Assembly: GCA_021838305.1 (NCBI GenBank)
Contig: JAKCEB010000001.1
Location: 1 to 52,161, forward strand
Source: Actinomycetes bacterium
GTDB taxonomy: Bacteria > Actinomycetota > Acidimicrobiia > Acidimicrobiales > Palsa-688
Direction: 5' to 3'
Length of the DNA: 52,161 nucleotides
Positions 1 to 9,893 of this stretch are shown piece after piece. The notes beneath the pieces were generated by a model. That model ran no database searches. It was given only the letters and a program-made list of their open reading frames with translations, and was not told the DNA's origin. Positions within the stretch are counted from its first letter, which is position 1. Every line of letters begins with the position of its first letter. The position numbers and the translations under genes are program-made.

Positions 1-753
1 GAGTGCGGTGCGGCAACCGACGACGCGCAGATGCTCGCTGAAGCGGAGCTTACGGCGACCTTCCTTCTCGACAACTCGCGTCGCGACGACGGTCGTTGGA
101 TGCGCAGCTGGCAGAAAAGGACAGCCCGACACCTTGCGTTTGCATCCGATTACGCGTGGCTCGTCGAGGCATTCACACGATTGGGGGAGGCGACAGGGCA
201 CAGCAGATGGTTCGACGAGGCGCGCCGCGCCGCCGAAAGCCTTGTGGAGCTGTTCTGGGACGACGAGCGCCGGGCGTTTGCCACCTCTGGCATCGACGCG
301 GAGCGCTTGATCGCGGCACCCCTCGACGTCAACGACGGAGCTCTCCCGTCGGCGAACTCCGTCGCGGCTGTTGCTTTGTTGCGCCTCGGCGCAATCACCG
401 GCGAGACCCGCTTGTCGGATACGGCAAGGACAGCGATCGACTCGATGGGGCCGGCGCTCGACAAATCCCCGATGTCTTTTTCCGGGATGGTGAGCGCCGC
501 ATCCCTGGCTGGACGCGGCATTACGGAGATAGTGATCTCCGGGTCGCGTCCGGATTTACTAGCTGCGCTACAAGGCCTATATCTCCCTTCGGCGATCGTC
601 GTTTGGGGTGAGCCTTTCGACTCGCCCCTTTGGAAGGGCCGCATCGACGAGGACCGCGACGGCCGCGCGTATGTCTGTCGCGACTACGCTTGCCGGGTAC
701 CGGCCAGCGACGCATCGACGCTTTCAAACCAACTGGCCGACTTGAACGGCTAG
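1..753 (+). CDS. Thioredoxin-domain (DUF255/YyaL-like) protein, C-terminal part; 5' end lies outside the window
   Basis: Frame 1 is open from base 1 and joins ORF 31..753. The region 'NDGALPSANSVAAVALLRLGAITGE' and the C-terminal 'AYVCRDYACRVP' resemble the six-hairpin C-terminal half of YyaL-type proteins. Confidence 0.6.
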   Translation, partial: ECGAATDDAQMLAEAELTATFLLDNSRRDDGRWMRSWQKRTARHLAFASDYAWLVEAFTRLGEATGHSRWFDEARRAAESLVELFWDDERRAFATSGIDAERLIAAPLDVNDGALPSANSVAAVALLRLGAITGETRLSDTARTAIDSMGPALDKSPMSFSGMVSAASLAGRGITEIVISGSRPDLLAALQGLYLPSAIVVWGEPFDSPLWKGRIDEDRDGRAYVCRDYACRVPASDASTLSNQLADLNG

Positions 754-839
754 ACCATCCACCAAACACGACGACGCAGGGACAAGTATTAGATCTCGTG
801 ACTTCTGCAATCGCAACCGACCGGCTGTTGATCTCCAGC

Positions 840-1532
840 ATGGACCGGACCTCACCCTGCAGCGGCACGGTTACGGCCCCCGATTACCGCCCTGTACTCA
901 AGGAGATGCCGAGGGTCAACGTCGAGTCGGGGGTGACGCTTCACCTGGTTCTTCTCGCCGCTGACAGCCGGCACTGCGCAGGGATCGACGTCGAATCCGG
1001 GACCCTGGTGAGAGCTTGGGCGACTTTTCCTTTCGGGGTTCGATTCTCACCGTATGACGTCGTAGAGGTCACGTTGGGCGGCGACGACGACGCCGACGCC
1101 CTGCCGGACCCGGCGCAGCCTGAAGCGGTCGCAATCCAGACACCACCCGAAGTAGTGGACCGCCTCACCGGGAGGCGCTGCGAGCGAATGCTCAAGGCGC
1201 TGCTGCATCCAAAAGACAGGCCACTCCTGAACAACCCGTCGACGGCCATCCCCTTCTGGGAGCGCCGCGACGACCACCCGTCTATCGCCGTCGTCGACCC
1301 AGGCGATCCTGTGGTCCTCGTAAGGCAAGGCTCTTACCTCGGTGCCCGCTTCGAATGGCAGGGGCATGTGCGGGAGCTTCCCTGCCTCGATCGGAGCTTC
1401 GCCGGCGAGATGGACCGCTCGGGGATGCAGCGCACCCGGGCGCCGAAAGGCTGCCGCCTGCTCGTCGCCTTCACACCCCCAATCGAGGGTAGATGCCACA
1501 AGGTAGTGGAGTCGATCCTTCCCCGCCCGTAG
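840..1532 (+). CDS. Hypothetical protein; start uncertain (ATG 840; alternatives GTG 798 or ATG 906)
   Basis: Long ORF 630..1532. Its first ~40 codons overlap the preceding gene, so an internal start is assumed. No family motif recognised. Confidence 0.45.
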   Translation: MDRTSPCSGTVTAPDYRPVLKEMPRVNVESGVTLHLVLLAADSRHCAGIDVESGTLVRAWATFPFGVRFSPYDVVEVTLGGDDDADALPDPAQPEAVAIQTPPEVVDRLTGRRCERMLKALLHPKDRPLLNNPSTAIPFWERRDDHPSIAVVDPGDPVVLVRQGSYLGARFEWQGHVRELPCLDRSFAGEMDRSGMQRTRAPKGCRLLVAFTPPIEGRCHKVVESILPRP

Positions 1533-1592
1533 GCCGGCCCCGCCCGCAGGCGGCCCCAGCTGGGGGGTCTCCCAGGGCGCTAAGGCCTGCAG

Positions 1593-2264
1593 CTAGGCGG
1601 AGTACTTCGCGGCGAGATCCTCAGCCATAGCCCAACCGAAAGCAATTAAGACGTCACGGCGATCGCCGTCGAGGGGCGCCATGAGTGTCGCCACCTCTGG
1701 ATCTATGGAATCCGGGTTGTCGACATCGAAGTCGAACACGCCGACTGAGCTCCCATCGCCGGTCACGATAAAGGAGCGGTCGTCGATTCTACCCTCCGCC
1801 CCGAAACGCTTCGCAAGGCGGCGGCTCCACGCCCGCTCCTCGCCGCTCGGTTTGTGACCAGGCCGGGGGCAGATATCCTCGAAACTGGCGAAAGTTGCGA
1901 AACCGCCGGGACTGAGAAAGCGGGTCCCGATGAGGACATCCTCATCAGGGAAAGCAAGGACCGCCCTGTGCAGCTGCGCCGCCCGGATCTCTTCGAGCAC
2001 TTCGGACGACCCGGGACCGCGCGAAACCGACGCGAGTCCCCACAAGACGCACGGCGTCCCCCCGATGCGCTCCAGGGTACAAAACGAGAAGCCACACAGG
2101 TGCCCGGCCTCTCTGACCTGGGTGATCAGAACCCATGCCTCGGGTTGCTTGGATATGAGGCCGATGTCGTATCCCGCAGGCCCGTCGACGACCATGTCCG
2201 CCATCTCGGCGAGCTCGGCGTCCGAAAGTGCGGTGCAGTCCTTCGTTTCCGCTTCCAGTCTCAT
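1593..2264 (-). CDS. Hypothetical protein
   Basis: 223-aa ORF with balanced, non-Arg/Pro-rich composition. AGGAGA lies about 13 nt upstream of the ATG. No family recognised. Confidence 0.55.
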   Translation of the reverse strand: MRLEAETKDCTALSDAELAEMADMVVDGPAGYDIGLISKQPEAWVLITQVREAGHLCGFSFCTLERIGGTPCVLWGLASVSRGPGSSEVLEEIRAAQLHRAVLAFPDEDVLIGTRFLSPGGFATFASFEDICPRPGHKPSGEERAWSRRLAKRFGAEGRIDDRSFIVTGDGSSVGVFDFDVDNPDSIDPEVATLMAPLDGDRRDVLIAFGWAMAEDLAAKYSA

Positions 2265-2322
2265 GCGTAGATTGATCTCCTAACCCACTGTCTCCGCCTG
2301 ACCAGTTTAGGCTGCCGGGACG

Positions 2323-5300
2323 TCATAGCGAAACCGCGCTCGGCCCGAGGAGCTCGCGAAGCTCGGCGGTCAGGCCGCCGGTCGGCTCCACCCAGAACTC
2401 AGAAGGCAGCCGCAGGCACTTGTCCCCAAGGTGCACCAGGACGGGCGACAGGCCTGGATGGCCACTCAGAACCTCCTTCAGACGTTGGGCCCGCTCCGCG
2501 GTGAAAGCCTGCAACGGAACTTGGATATGCAAAGAAACGATCTCGTCGTCGCGGGTTTCGACTTTTTCAACATCCATGCATATCAACTTCGGCGTCTCTT
2601 CGCGCTGGTCGAGGCGCCCCTTGACGACCACCACGCCGTCGTCGCCGAGCAGGTGACCGACCGAGGCCATCGTCTTCGGGAACACCCAAACCTCGATTGA
2701 CGACGACAGGTCCTCCAAGTTGAAGGTGGCCATCAAGTCACCGCGCTTGGTGTACTTGCGGACCAGTCCGCTCACGACGCCACCGACGGAGCGGACGTCG
2801 GCGTCTCTCCCCTTGAACCCACCACCAGTCCGGGGGCCGACTTCGCCGGCCACTTCCCTCGCCGCCTGGTCGCGTAGCTCGGCGACTGTCACGTCGCAGC
2901 GCCGAGAGATAGTTCCTTCCAATCCTTTGAGCGGATGGTCCGAGAGGTACAGTCCCAGCATCTCCTTCTCGAAAGCCAGGCGGGTGGCCTTGTCGAAGTC
3001 CTGGTCGGGGATCGCCACCCTTGCGTCGTCGAAGAACGACGTCTCGGCGCCGAGATCACCGAAGAGGCTCATGACCCCCTGGTCGGCCTCGCGGCGTCGG
3101 GCGAGGGTCCTGTCGATGATCGTCTCGTAGACGAGCATGAGCCCTTGGCGGGGATGGCCGAGCGAGTCGAACGCTCCCGCCTTGATGAGCGACTCGACCG
3201 TGCGCTTGTTCAATGCCGCGGGGTCGACCCGGGAGCACCAGTCGTAGAAGTCGACGAACGGCCGCCCGTCGGCGCGCTCCGCGATCATCCGATCGACGAG
3301 CGCCTCTCCAACGTTGCGGATGGCAGACAGACCGAAAGGTATAACCCACCGCCTTGATCCGTCCTCGGCTATCACCTCGGTCGCTGCGAACTCCGAGTTC
3401 GCCACGTTGATGTCGGGGACGAGGACTTCTATGCCCTGGGAGCGGCACTCGGCTAGGTAAACCGCCGTCTTGTCCTTGTCATCTTTGACGCTGGTGAGAA
3501 GCGCTGCGAGGTACTGTGCCGTGAAGTTGGCTTTGAGCCAGGCGGTCTGGTAGCTGACGTATCCGTAGCCGAAAGCGTGGCTGCGGTTGAACCCGTAATC
3601 GGCGAAGGGCTCGATGATGTCGAAGAGCATCTTGCCCACCGTGCGGCCGTAGCCGGCTGTCTCGCAGCCCTCCTCGAACTTTTCGCGCTCCTTGGTCATC
3701 ACCTCACGGATCTTCTTCCCCGCCGCTTTTCGCAGATTGTCCGCCTCGGCGAGGCTGTAGCCCGCGAACTTCGTCGCAAGAAGCATCATCTGCTCCTGGT
3801 AAATGCACAGCCCGTAGGTGTCGCCGAGCACCTCCTCCATGTCAGGGTGCTGGTAGACGACCGGCTTACGACCGTTTTTGCGGTCCGCGTAGTCGTTGTG
3901 CATGTTCGCCGCCATCGGGCCGGGACGGTAGAGCGCGACCAGCGCCGCTACGTCCTCGAAGCCGGTCGGGGCGAGCGACTTCACGAGGTTTCGCATCGGG
4001 CCGCCTTCGAGCTGGAAGACGCCGATCGTGTCGCCTCGCTGCAGCATCTCGAAGACCTTCGGGTCGTCGAGGGGAACCCTGTCGATGTCGGGCCGGTCGC
4101 CGGTCGCCGCTTCGATCAGGTCCAGGGCCCGCTCGATCACCGAAAGGTTGCGAAGCCCGAGGAAGTCCATCTTGAGCAGACCGAGATCCTCGACGCCGTG
4201 CATCTCGTACTGGGTGACGATCGGGGCGTCCTCGACCCTGCCGCCCGGGTCGGGCTTGCGCTGGATCGGAAGGTGGTCGGTGAGCGGGTCCCCGGATATG
4301 ACGACCGCCGCTGCGTGGATCCCGTCTTGGCGTCGCATGCCTTCAAGGCCGCGAGCGACCTCGACCACTTTCGCGGCGTCTGGGTCGGCGGCGACGAGCT
4401 CGCGAAGCTCGGACGCCTGCTTGAAGCCGTCGGCGTACTTCGGAGTCTCCTCGAGGCACGCCCACAGCGGCGTGTCGCGTCCCATGACAAGCGGGGGCAT
4501 CATCTTGGCGATGCGGTCCCCAAGGCCGTAGGGGTAGCCAAGAACCCGGGCAGCGTCACGTACCGCGGCTCGGGCTTTGATCGTGGAAAAAGTGACGATC
4601 TGCGCGACCCGGTCCCACCCGTAACGTTCGGCCGCGTAGCGGATCATCTCGGAGCGGTACCGCTCGTCGAAGTCCATGTCGATGTCGGGCATCTGCTTGC
4701 GGCCCGGGTTCAAGAACCGCTCGAAGAGCAGCTGGTAGCGGATCGGGTCCAACTCGACGATCCGCAGGCAGTAGGCGACGCAGCAACCGGCCGCGCTGCC
4801 CCTGCCCGGCCCCACCCGGATGCCGAGCTCCTTCGCGTGGCGTATGAGGTCCCATACGACTAGGAAGTAGTCGGAGAAGCCCATGTCGGATATGACCGAC
4901 AGCTCGAAGTCGATGCGCTCGGCCGCCTCGGAGGGGACGGGGTCGCCGTAGCGCTGCCTGGCCCCTTCGAGTGTCAGATGGCGGAGGTATCCGTCTGCGT
5001 CGTCGAAGCCGTCCGGTCGGGGGAACGACGGCAGCTGCGGGCGACCGAAGATGATTTCGACATCAGCTCGTTCTGCTACCCACAAGGTGTTGTCGCAGGC
5101 TTCGGGAAGCTCGGCGAAAAGGTGGCGCATCTCGGCGGCACTTTTCAGGTAGTGCTCGTCGCCAGTGAATTTGAACCTTTTGGGGTCGTCCTTGACCGAG
5201 CCGGTCTGCACGCACAGGAGGGCGTCGTGGGCTTCTGCGTCCGAGCGTGAGACGTAGTGGCTGTCGTTGGTTGCCAGCAGCGGCGCGCCGATGCGCTTCG

Positions 5301-5922
5301 CGAGTCGGACGAGCTCCGGGTTGGTCTTTTCCTGCTCGGCGAGGCCGTGATCTTGCAGTTCCACGAACATCGATTCCCGACCGAAGATGTCCTGCAGACG
5401 GGCTGCTAGAGCGACGGCTCGCTCTGCGTCACCTCGCAGCAACGCCTGGAGGACGACCCCGCCGAGGCAGCCGGTCGTCGCGATGATGCCCTCGTGGTAG
5501 CGCTCGAGGAGCTCCCAGTCGCAGCGAGGTTTGTAGTAGTAGCCCTCGAGGTAGGCGTCGGATGAGAGCTTGAGCAGATTTCGGTATCCCTGGTCGGTCT
5601 CGGCGAGCAAGGTGAGGTGGTAGTAGAGCTTCTCCCCCGCCTCGCCCTCGCCGCCGCCGTCGTCGATGCGCCCGCGCCTGACAGGCCTCTCGAATCGGGA
5701 CTCGGCCGCCATGTAGGCCTCTGTACCGATGATCGGCTTTATCCCGGCATCACGGGCCGCCTGATAGAAGTCGAGGACCCCGTACATGTTCCCGTGGTCG
5801 GTTATGCCGATCGCCGGCTGGCCGTCCCGGACAGCGCTCGCGATGACATCGGGGATTCTCGCCGCTCCGTCGAGCATCGAGAACTCGGTGTGCTGATGCA
5901 GATGGGTAAAAGATGCTCCCAC
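2323..5922 (-). CDS. dnaE: DNA polymerase III alpha subunit
   Basis: 1199 aa. The N-terminal PHP motif 'FTHLHQHTEFSMLDGA' and full-length DnaE architecture are present. GTG start. Confidence 0.97.
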   Translation of the reverse strand: MGASFTHLHQHTEFSMLDGAARIPDVIASAVRDGQPAIGITDHGNMYGVLDFYQAARDAGIKPIIGTEAYMAAESRFERPVRRGRIDDGGGEGEAGEKLYYHLTLLAETDQGYRNLLKLSSDAYLEGYYYKPRCDWELLERYHEGIIATTGCLGGVVLQALLRGDAERAVALAARLQDIFGRESMFVELQDHGLAEQEKTNPELVRLAKRIGAPLLATNDSHYVSRSDAEAHDALLCVQTGSVKDDPKRFKFTGDEHYLKSAAEMRHLFAELPEACDNTLWVAERADVEIIFGRPQLPSFPRPDGFDDADGYLRHLTLEGARQRYGDPVPSEAAERIDFELSVISDMGFSDYFLVVWDLIRHAKELGIRVGPGRGSAAGCCVAYCLRIVELDPIRYQLLFERFLNPGRKQMPDIDMDFDERYRSEMIRYAAERYGWDRVAQIVTFSTIKARAAVRDAARVLGYPYGLGDRIAKMMPPLVMGRDTPLWACLEETPKYADGFKQASELRELVAADPDAAKVVEVARGLEGMRRQDGIHAAAVVISGDPLTDHLPIQRKPDPGGRVEDAPIVTQYEMHGVEDLGLLKMDFLGLRNLSVIERALDLIEAATGDRPDIDRVPLDDPKVFEMLQRGDTIGVFQLEGGPMRNLVKSLAPTGFEDVAALVALYRPGPMAANMHNDYADRKNGRKPVVYQHPDMEEVLGDTYGLCIYQEQMMLLATKFAGYSLAEADNLRKAAGKKIREVMTKEREKFEEGCETAGYGRTVGKMLFDIIEPFADYGFNRSHAFGYGYVSYQTAWLKANFTAQYLAALLTSVKDDKDKTAVYLAECRSQGIEVLVPDINVANSEFAATEVIAEDGSRRWVIPFGLSAIRNVGEALVDRMIAERADGRPFVDFYDWCSRVDPAALNKRTVESLIKAGAFDSLGHPRQGLMLVYETIIDRTLARRREADQGVMSLFGDLGAETSFFDDARVAIPDQDFDKATRLAFEKEMLGLYLSDHPLKGLEGTISRRCDVTVAELRDQAAREVAGEVGPRTGGGFKGRDADVRSVGGVVSGLVRKYTKRGDLMATFNLEDLSSSIEVWVFPKTMASVGHLLGDDGVVVVKGRLDQREETPKLICMDVEKVETRDDEIVSLHIQVPLQAFTAERAQRLKEVLSGHPGLSPVLVHLGDKCLRLPSEFWVEPTGGLTAELRELLGPSAVSL

Positions 5923-5934
5923 TATGCGGGTCGC

Positions 5935-6426
5935 CTAGAGGTAGGTGCCGCTGCGGGGCGCCTCGTCTGACGTTCCGGCCGGAAGACTGCGCTGGCGCAT
6001 CTGCTCGAGCTGCGCACGGGCTGCCATCTGCTGGGCGAACAAGGTCGCTTGGATCCCGTGGAAGAGGCCCTCCAGCCATCCGACGAGCTGCGCTTGGGCC
6101 ACTCGAAGCTCTGACTCGCTCGGAATCTCCCCCGGCCCGAACGGGGAGGACAGCCTCGCAAGCTCGTCGCGCAGATCGGACGACAAACCCTCGGACAGTT
6201 CCGTGACTGAGGTGTCGTATATCTCTCGAAGGCGCGTCCTGGAGGCCTCGTCGAGCGGCGCTTGGCGGACCTCGTCGAGAAGCTGCTTGATCATCGAGCC
6301 TATCCGCATCACCTTGCCCGGCTGTTCGACCGCTTCGCGATCGGTCGTCGGAGGCTCGTGGCCGGGCTCGACCCCGACTACGAAGATCTGCTCGGAAACC
6401 GGTTCTGGGCTTTGCTGATTCGCCAT
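5935..6426 (-). CDS. bpa: Bacterial proteasome activator (Bpa/PafE-like)
   Basis: Start taken at ATG 6426 (MANQQ...), 4 nt after the upstream stop. The core 'MRIGSMIKQLLDEVRQAPLDEASRTRLREIY' and the C-terminal '...GTYL' resemble mycobacterial Bpa, which ends in GQYL. Confidence 0.75.
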   Translation of the reverse strand: MANQQSPEPVSEQIFVVGVEPGHEPPTTDREAVEQPGKVMRIGSMIKQLLDEVRQAPLDEASRTRLREIYDTSVTELSEGLSSDLRDELARLSSPFGPGEIPSESELRVAQAQLVGWLEGLFHGIQATLFAQQMAARAQLEQMRQRSLPAGTSDEAPRSGTYL

Positions 6427-6430
6427 ATTC

Positions 6431-7579
6431 CTACAGTCTGCCGCGACAGGCGACGAGAGGAACAAACATCTCAGCTGGAGTGAGAGATCCATGCCTGCAA
6501 ACAAGCTTGCGGCTATCGGGCGAATCGGACGGCTCCACGAAAGCAACCGGCTCGTAGGCTGCTACGGCTACGTCCCCAAGCCTGGCGCGCACCGCCGGAG
6601 CGATCGGACCGCCGAACCATTTGAGCTTCTCGACTTCCTCGAACGTCGCTATCCACGCCTGGTGGCCGTAGAGGTCCCTCACCTTGGCTGCGAGACGCTC
6701 CGGGGCGTCCGCCTCGGCGTCGGCGCAGTGAAGCCAGCGCAGGCGCGCCTCCCCGCTTATCATCGAGATACCCCCGATGCGATCGGCGTCGAGCTCTACG
6801 AGGTTCGGGCCGACCTCCACCTGGCCGTGGTCGGCTGTCACGACGAGTGCGGCGCTGCTCGGCAGTGAATCGAGCATGTCTCCGACGATACGGTCGAAAG
6901 CAACGAGTTCGGCGTCGTAATACGGGCCGAACCCCCTGGCGTGGGCGATCTTGTCGACCCCGTCGTAGTAGGCATACACGAAACGCTCGCCGGTCGATAT
7001 TAGACGGGCGACGTCGATCGGCATTTCGGAGACCTGGCTCCAGCCGACTTGGCGGGCGCCGCGCTGATGGGCAACGGTGAAGCCGGACCCTGCGAAGTCC
7101 GCTTTGCTCACGACAGGCACGCTGACCCCCCCGAACGGGGTGCACGCCTGAAACGTCCCGGGATCGACGAACGAGCGAGCGTCACCGGACTTCGTCCTCC
7201 ACTTGAGGACGTTCATGATCTCCGGTGCCTGTGGTCCGCCCACGACGACCTTGTAGCCGACGAGGCCGTGACTCGCCGGGGGAGCTCCGACGACGAGCGA
7301 CGTGAGCGCCGTCGCGGTCGTACTGGGAACCACCGACGTGATAGGACGGCCTTGGAGCTGCGAGATGTTCGCGAGCATCCCGAGGCGCGGAGCGAGCTGC
7401 AGCCAACCCAGCCCGTCCACCACGAGCAGCACCACCTGCTCGGCCGTCGAAACTGGCCCCGGAAGCCACAGCGGGCGACGGCCTGGGGTTTCCATGAGCG
7501 CGGGCACCACGGTCGCGAGGTTGGCGCCACGGTAGTCCGGGACTACCGCCGGCGGCTGGCCCGTCTCTGTCAAGGTCAC
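6431..7579 (-). CDS. Alkaline phosphatase superfamily protein (nucleotide pyrophosphatase/phosphodiesterase-like)
   Basis: Metal-site-like motifs 'VVDGLGW' and 'VVTADHGQ'. GTG start. Confidence 0.7.
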   Translation of the reverse strand: MTLTETGQPPAVVPDYRGANLATVVPALMETPGRRPLWLPGPVSTAEQVVLLVVDGLGWLQLAPRLGMLANISQLQGRPITSVVPSTTATALTSLVVGAPPASHGLVGYKVVVGGPQAPEIMNVLKWRTKSGDARSFVDPGTFQACTPFGGVSVPVVSKADFAGSGFTVAHQRGARQVGWSQVSEMPIDVARLISTGERFVYAYYDGVDKIAHARGFGPYYDAELVAFDRIVGDMLDSLPSSAALVVTADHGQVEVGPNLVELDADRIGGISMISGEARLRWLHCADAEADAPERLAAKVRDLYGHQAWIATFEEVEKLKWFGGPIAPAVRARLGDVAVAAYEPVAFVEPSDSPDSRKLVCRHGSLTPAEMFVPLVACRGRL

Positions 7580-7601
7580 GGCACCACCCTAGAGCTACCA
7601 T

Positions 7602-8039
7602 GTGACGGTGAAGGTTTCGACCCGGGGGGACTATGCCAGCAGGGCGCTGCTTTCACTGGCTCTCCACGACGGGGAGTCGGACCCGACCTCGGTTCGAGAC
7701 GTCGCGGAACGGACCGGCCTTCCGCAACCCTACCTGGAGCAGATCCTGCTGGCGCTGAAAGGCGCCGGTATCGTCCGGTCCAAGCGGGGGGTTGGCGGCG
7801 GGTACATTCTCGCCAGACCACCTGAGGAGATCACGCTCGGCCAGATCGTGAGCGCTGTCGACGGGCCCATTCAAGCCGGTGACTTCGGCGAACCCCACCA
7901 GAACGGTGCATGCGACCACGAGGGCCAGTGCATCCTCCTCTCCGTTTGGTCCGAGGTCGGAGTTCATATGCGCCGCCACTTGGATTCCTTCACGCTCGCG
8001 GATATCGCGGCGCGATCTCGCGGGATACCGGCCGGCTAA
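7602..8039 (+). CDS. Rrf2 family transcriptional regulator
   Basis: 'KVSTRGDYASRALLSLA' and the wHTH region 'GLPQPYLEQILLALKGAGIVRSKRGVGGGYILA'. GTG start at 7602 or 7608. Confidence 0.9.
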   Translation: MTVKVSTRGDYASRALLSLALHDGESDPTSVRDVAERTGLPQPYLEQILLALKGAGIVRSKRGVGGGYILARPPEEITLGQIVSAVDGPIQAGDFGEPHQNGACDHEGQCILLSVWSEVGVHMRRHLDSFTLADIAARSRGIPAG

Positions 8040-8043
8040 CCGA

Positions 8044-9015
8044 TCAGGCGCCGTGCGCGTGGACGCGGTGTTCCACAGCCAGATGGGAGTGGCCGACCCC
8101 GAGGGCTTGGCCTACCCGGCCTTCGATGCCCGGCCACGGAGCCCTGTAGGCGCAGGCGTCGCAGTTCACGGCCGAGGCTCCGACGAGGGACTCGTTGAAG
8201 CGGGCGACGATCGGGTCCACGAGGCGCACGTCCGGACCGAGGTGGCCGCAGTCGACCAGCTCTACTCCCGCCATCGCCGCCCAACCCGCCAGCTCGTCGC
8301 GTCCCCGCTCGATCAGAAGCCCGTAGCACAGGTACCACCACGACAGAGCGATCTTCGTGTAGCCGAGCGTCGCAAGCGTCTGGGCTGCCTCGAGGACGGT
8401 CGGCTTCGTGACCCCGCTGAAGCCGACGCTGAACGTCGGCGCCCCCGTCCATTCCGCTATCAGTCGCGCAGCTTTGAACGAGTCGCCGTTCGCATCGGGG
8501 TCCGACGTGCCGCGCGACACCACAAGCAGCGGCAGCCCTCCAGCCGTTGCCTCTACCACCGAGGTCCCAAGGACTTCCACCGCCGCCCGCGCGACGCCCA
8601 GCGGGCTGGCGAAGTTGAAGTCGACCGTAGGGTGGCGTCGTCGTGCCTCAAGCACGATCGCCGGAACGTCGCTTTTCGCGTGGCCTGCTCCGAGGAGCAC
8701 AAGGGGCAGCACGGTGATACGCCTCGCCCCGCGATCCGCCATGTCGTCGATGACCGAGCCCGCGGGTGGATCTGTCATCTCCAGGTACCCCAGCCTGACG
8801 TCGACGCCCGCCAGCGCCGCTCCCACCAGGCCGGCGAGGCGGGCCATTTCCTCGCCGCTTCGCTCTGAGCGCGAACCGTGGCCGACCAGGATCAGACCGT
8901 CCTTCACTTCGCTGCCTGATCGCTTTGTTTCTGACACAGGCCTCAGGCTAGCGGCCCCTCCCGCTGCCTTACCTTGGCGTGCTGCGGCAGTGGTGCGACT
9001 GCCTGGCCCAGGCAA
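8044..9015 (-). CDS. cbiX: Sirohydrochlorin cobaltochelatase, two-domain CbiX type
   Basis: 'LILVGHGSR' and a second half 'LLVVSRGTSD' indicate a duplicated CbiX fold. The tail is Cys/His-rich ('NCDACAY...GHSH..HAHG'). The N-terminus is uncertain. Confidence 0.8.
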   Translation of the reverse strand: MPGPGSRTTAAARQGKAAGGAASLRPVSETKRSGSEVKDGLILVGHGSRSERSGEEMARLAGLVGAALAGVDVRLGYLEMTDPPAGSVIDDMADRGARRITVLPLVLLGAGHAKSDVPAIVLEARRRHPTVDFNFASPLGVARAAVEVLGTSVVEATAGGLPLLVVSRGTSDPDANGDSFKAARLIAEWTGAPTFSVGFSGVTKPTVLEAAQTLATLGYTKIALSWWYLCYGLLIERGRDELAGWAAMAGVELVDCGHLGPDVRLVDPIVARFNESLVGASAVNCDACAYRAPWPGIEGRVGQALGVGHSHLAVEHRVHAHGA

Positions 9016-9021
9016 AATCTT

Positions 9022-9849
9022 CTAGCCGAGGCGGATACCGGCGAGCTGCGTCGCCTGAGCGACGAGAGCGCCGTTCGAATCCCAGACGATGCACTCTTCG
9101 TCGAGCATCCTTCCCTGGATGAGCCGCGCCCTCTGAGTCACCTGGACCGGCCCAGGAGCGGGAAGGGTCCGGACATACACGGTTAGCTGGAACGTCGGGA
9201 CCCACCCGGCGGACTCGACATCGAACGAGGCGGGCGGAAACGCATCCGCGGCGTAGAGGAGCGACACAGAGTCGAAGCCTTCGCCTCCCGGCAAGGTCAA
9301 CCAACCCCGCAACTCTCCCTTACCCGAAGGGTTTCCCCGCGTAAAGCCGAGCGACTCCCCATCGAGGCGAACCTCGACCTGCTCCATGATCGCCGCTCGG
9401 TGACCGCCAGGAGGTCCCTCTAGAAGTGGAAGGCAGTTCTCGAACGCGCAGTCTGGGGCCGCCGCGGATCGATCCGACCAGTACGGCTTCGAGGACTCGT
9501 CGAGCGTACCGACGGTCAGGAGCGCCTCGACGCAAACAGCGCCCCCCTGGGTCAAGGTGGCGCGGATCTGCGACGCAGAGCGCCCTTCTCGGAGGATTTC
9601 AGCCGACACCGAAGCCGCCCCAGCCTCGGGCGGTCTGATGTACGTCGCGCTGCTTGCGATCACGTGTGCTTGCCGGCTGACCTCCAAGGCGCAGCGTGCA
9701 AGCAGCGCCATGAGATAGCCACCGTTCGGCCGCCCGGCGATGGTCCAATCCTCGTCGATGTCGACGTCGAACTCTCTGAGACCCTCCGGCGCGATCGCGG
9801 CCGTGCGCAGTTTCACCGAGGTCACGTCAGCGAAGCGCTTTCGGTGCAC
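9022..9849 (-). CDS. Acyl-CoA thioesterase family protein (double hotdog, TesB-like)
   Basis: 275 aa. 'GRPNGGYLMALLAR' and a C-terminal half typical of thioesterase-4-type proteins. GTG start. Confidence 0.6.
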   Translation of the reverse strand: MHRKRFADVTSVKLRTAAIAPEGLREFDVDIDEDWTIAGRPNGGYLMALLARCALEVSRQAHVIASSATYIRPPEAGAASVSAEILREGRSASQIRATLTQGGAVCVEALLTVGTLDESSKPYWSDRSAAAPDCAFENCLPLLEGPPGGHRAAIMEQVEVRLDGESLGFTRGNPSGKGELRGWLTLPGGEGFDSVSLLYAADAFPPASFDVESAGWVPTFQLTVYVRTLPAPGPVQVTQRARLIQGRMLDEECIVWDSNGALVAQATQLAGIRLG

Positions 9850-9859
9850 TCGGCCACAC

Positions 9860-9893
9860 TAACCGCAACCCGGCGAGAGTAACCGGGCCCGGG
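9860..9893. promoter_or_regulatory. Tandem TAACCG..CCCGG direct repeat (20-nt spacing) in the divergent cbiX-side / cbiA-side intergenic region; candidate operator
   Basis: 'TAACCGCAACCCGG' starts at 9860 and 'TAACCGGGCCCGG' at 9880. The second copy contains the palindrome CCGGGCCCGG. Confidence 0.25.

Noticed and set aside
1021-1060. tRNA-like T-loop sequence GGTTCGATTC (and a similar GTTCGAATCC near 9076).
   Set aside because: The flanks cannot form a T-stem or a cloverleaf, and both sites lie inside coding ORFs.
1533-1592. Palindrome CCCCAGCTGGGG between the two convergent hypothetical genes, as a possible bidirectional terminator.
   Set aside because: The stem is only 4-5 bp, with no flanking T/A tracts. 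It is too weak to call.
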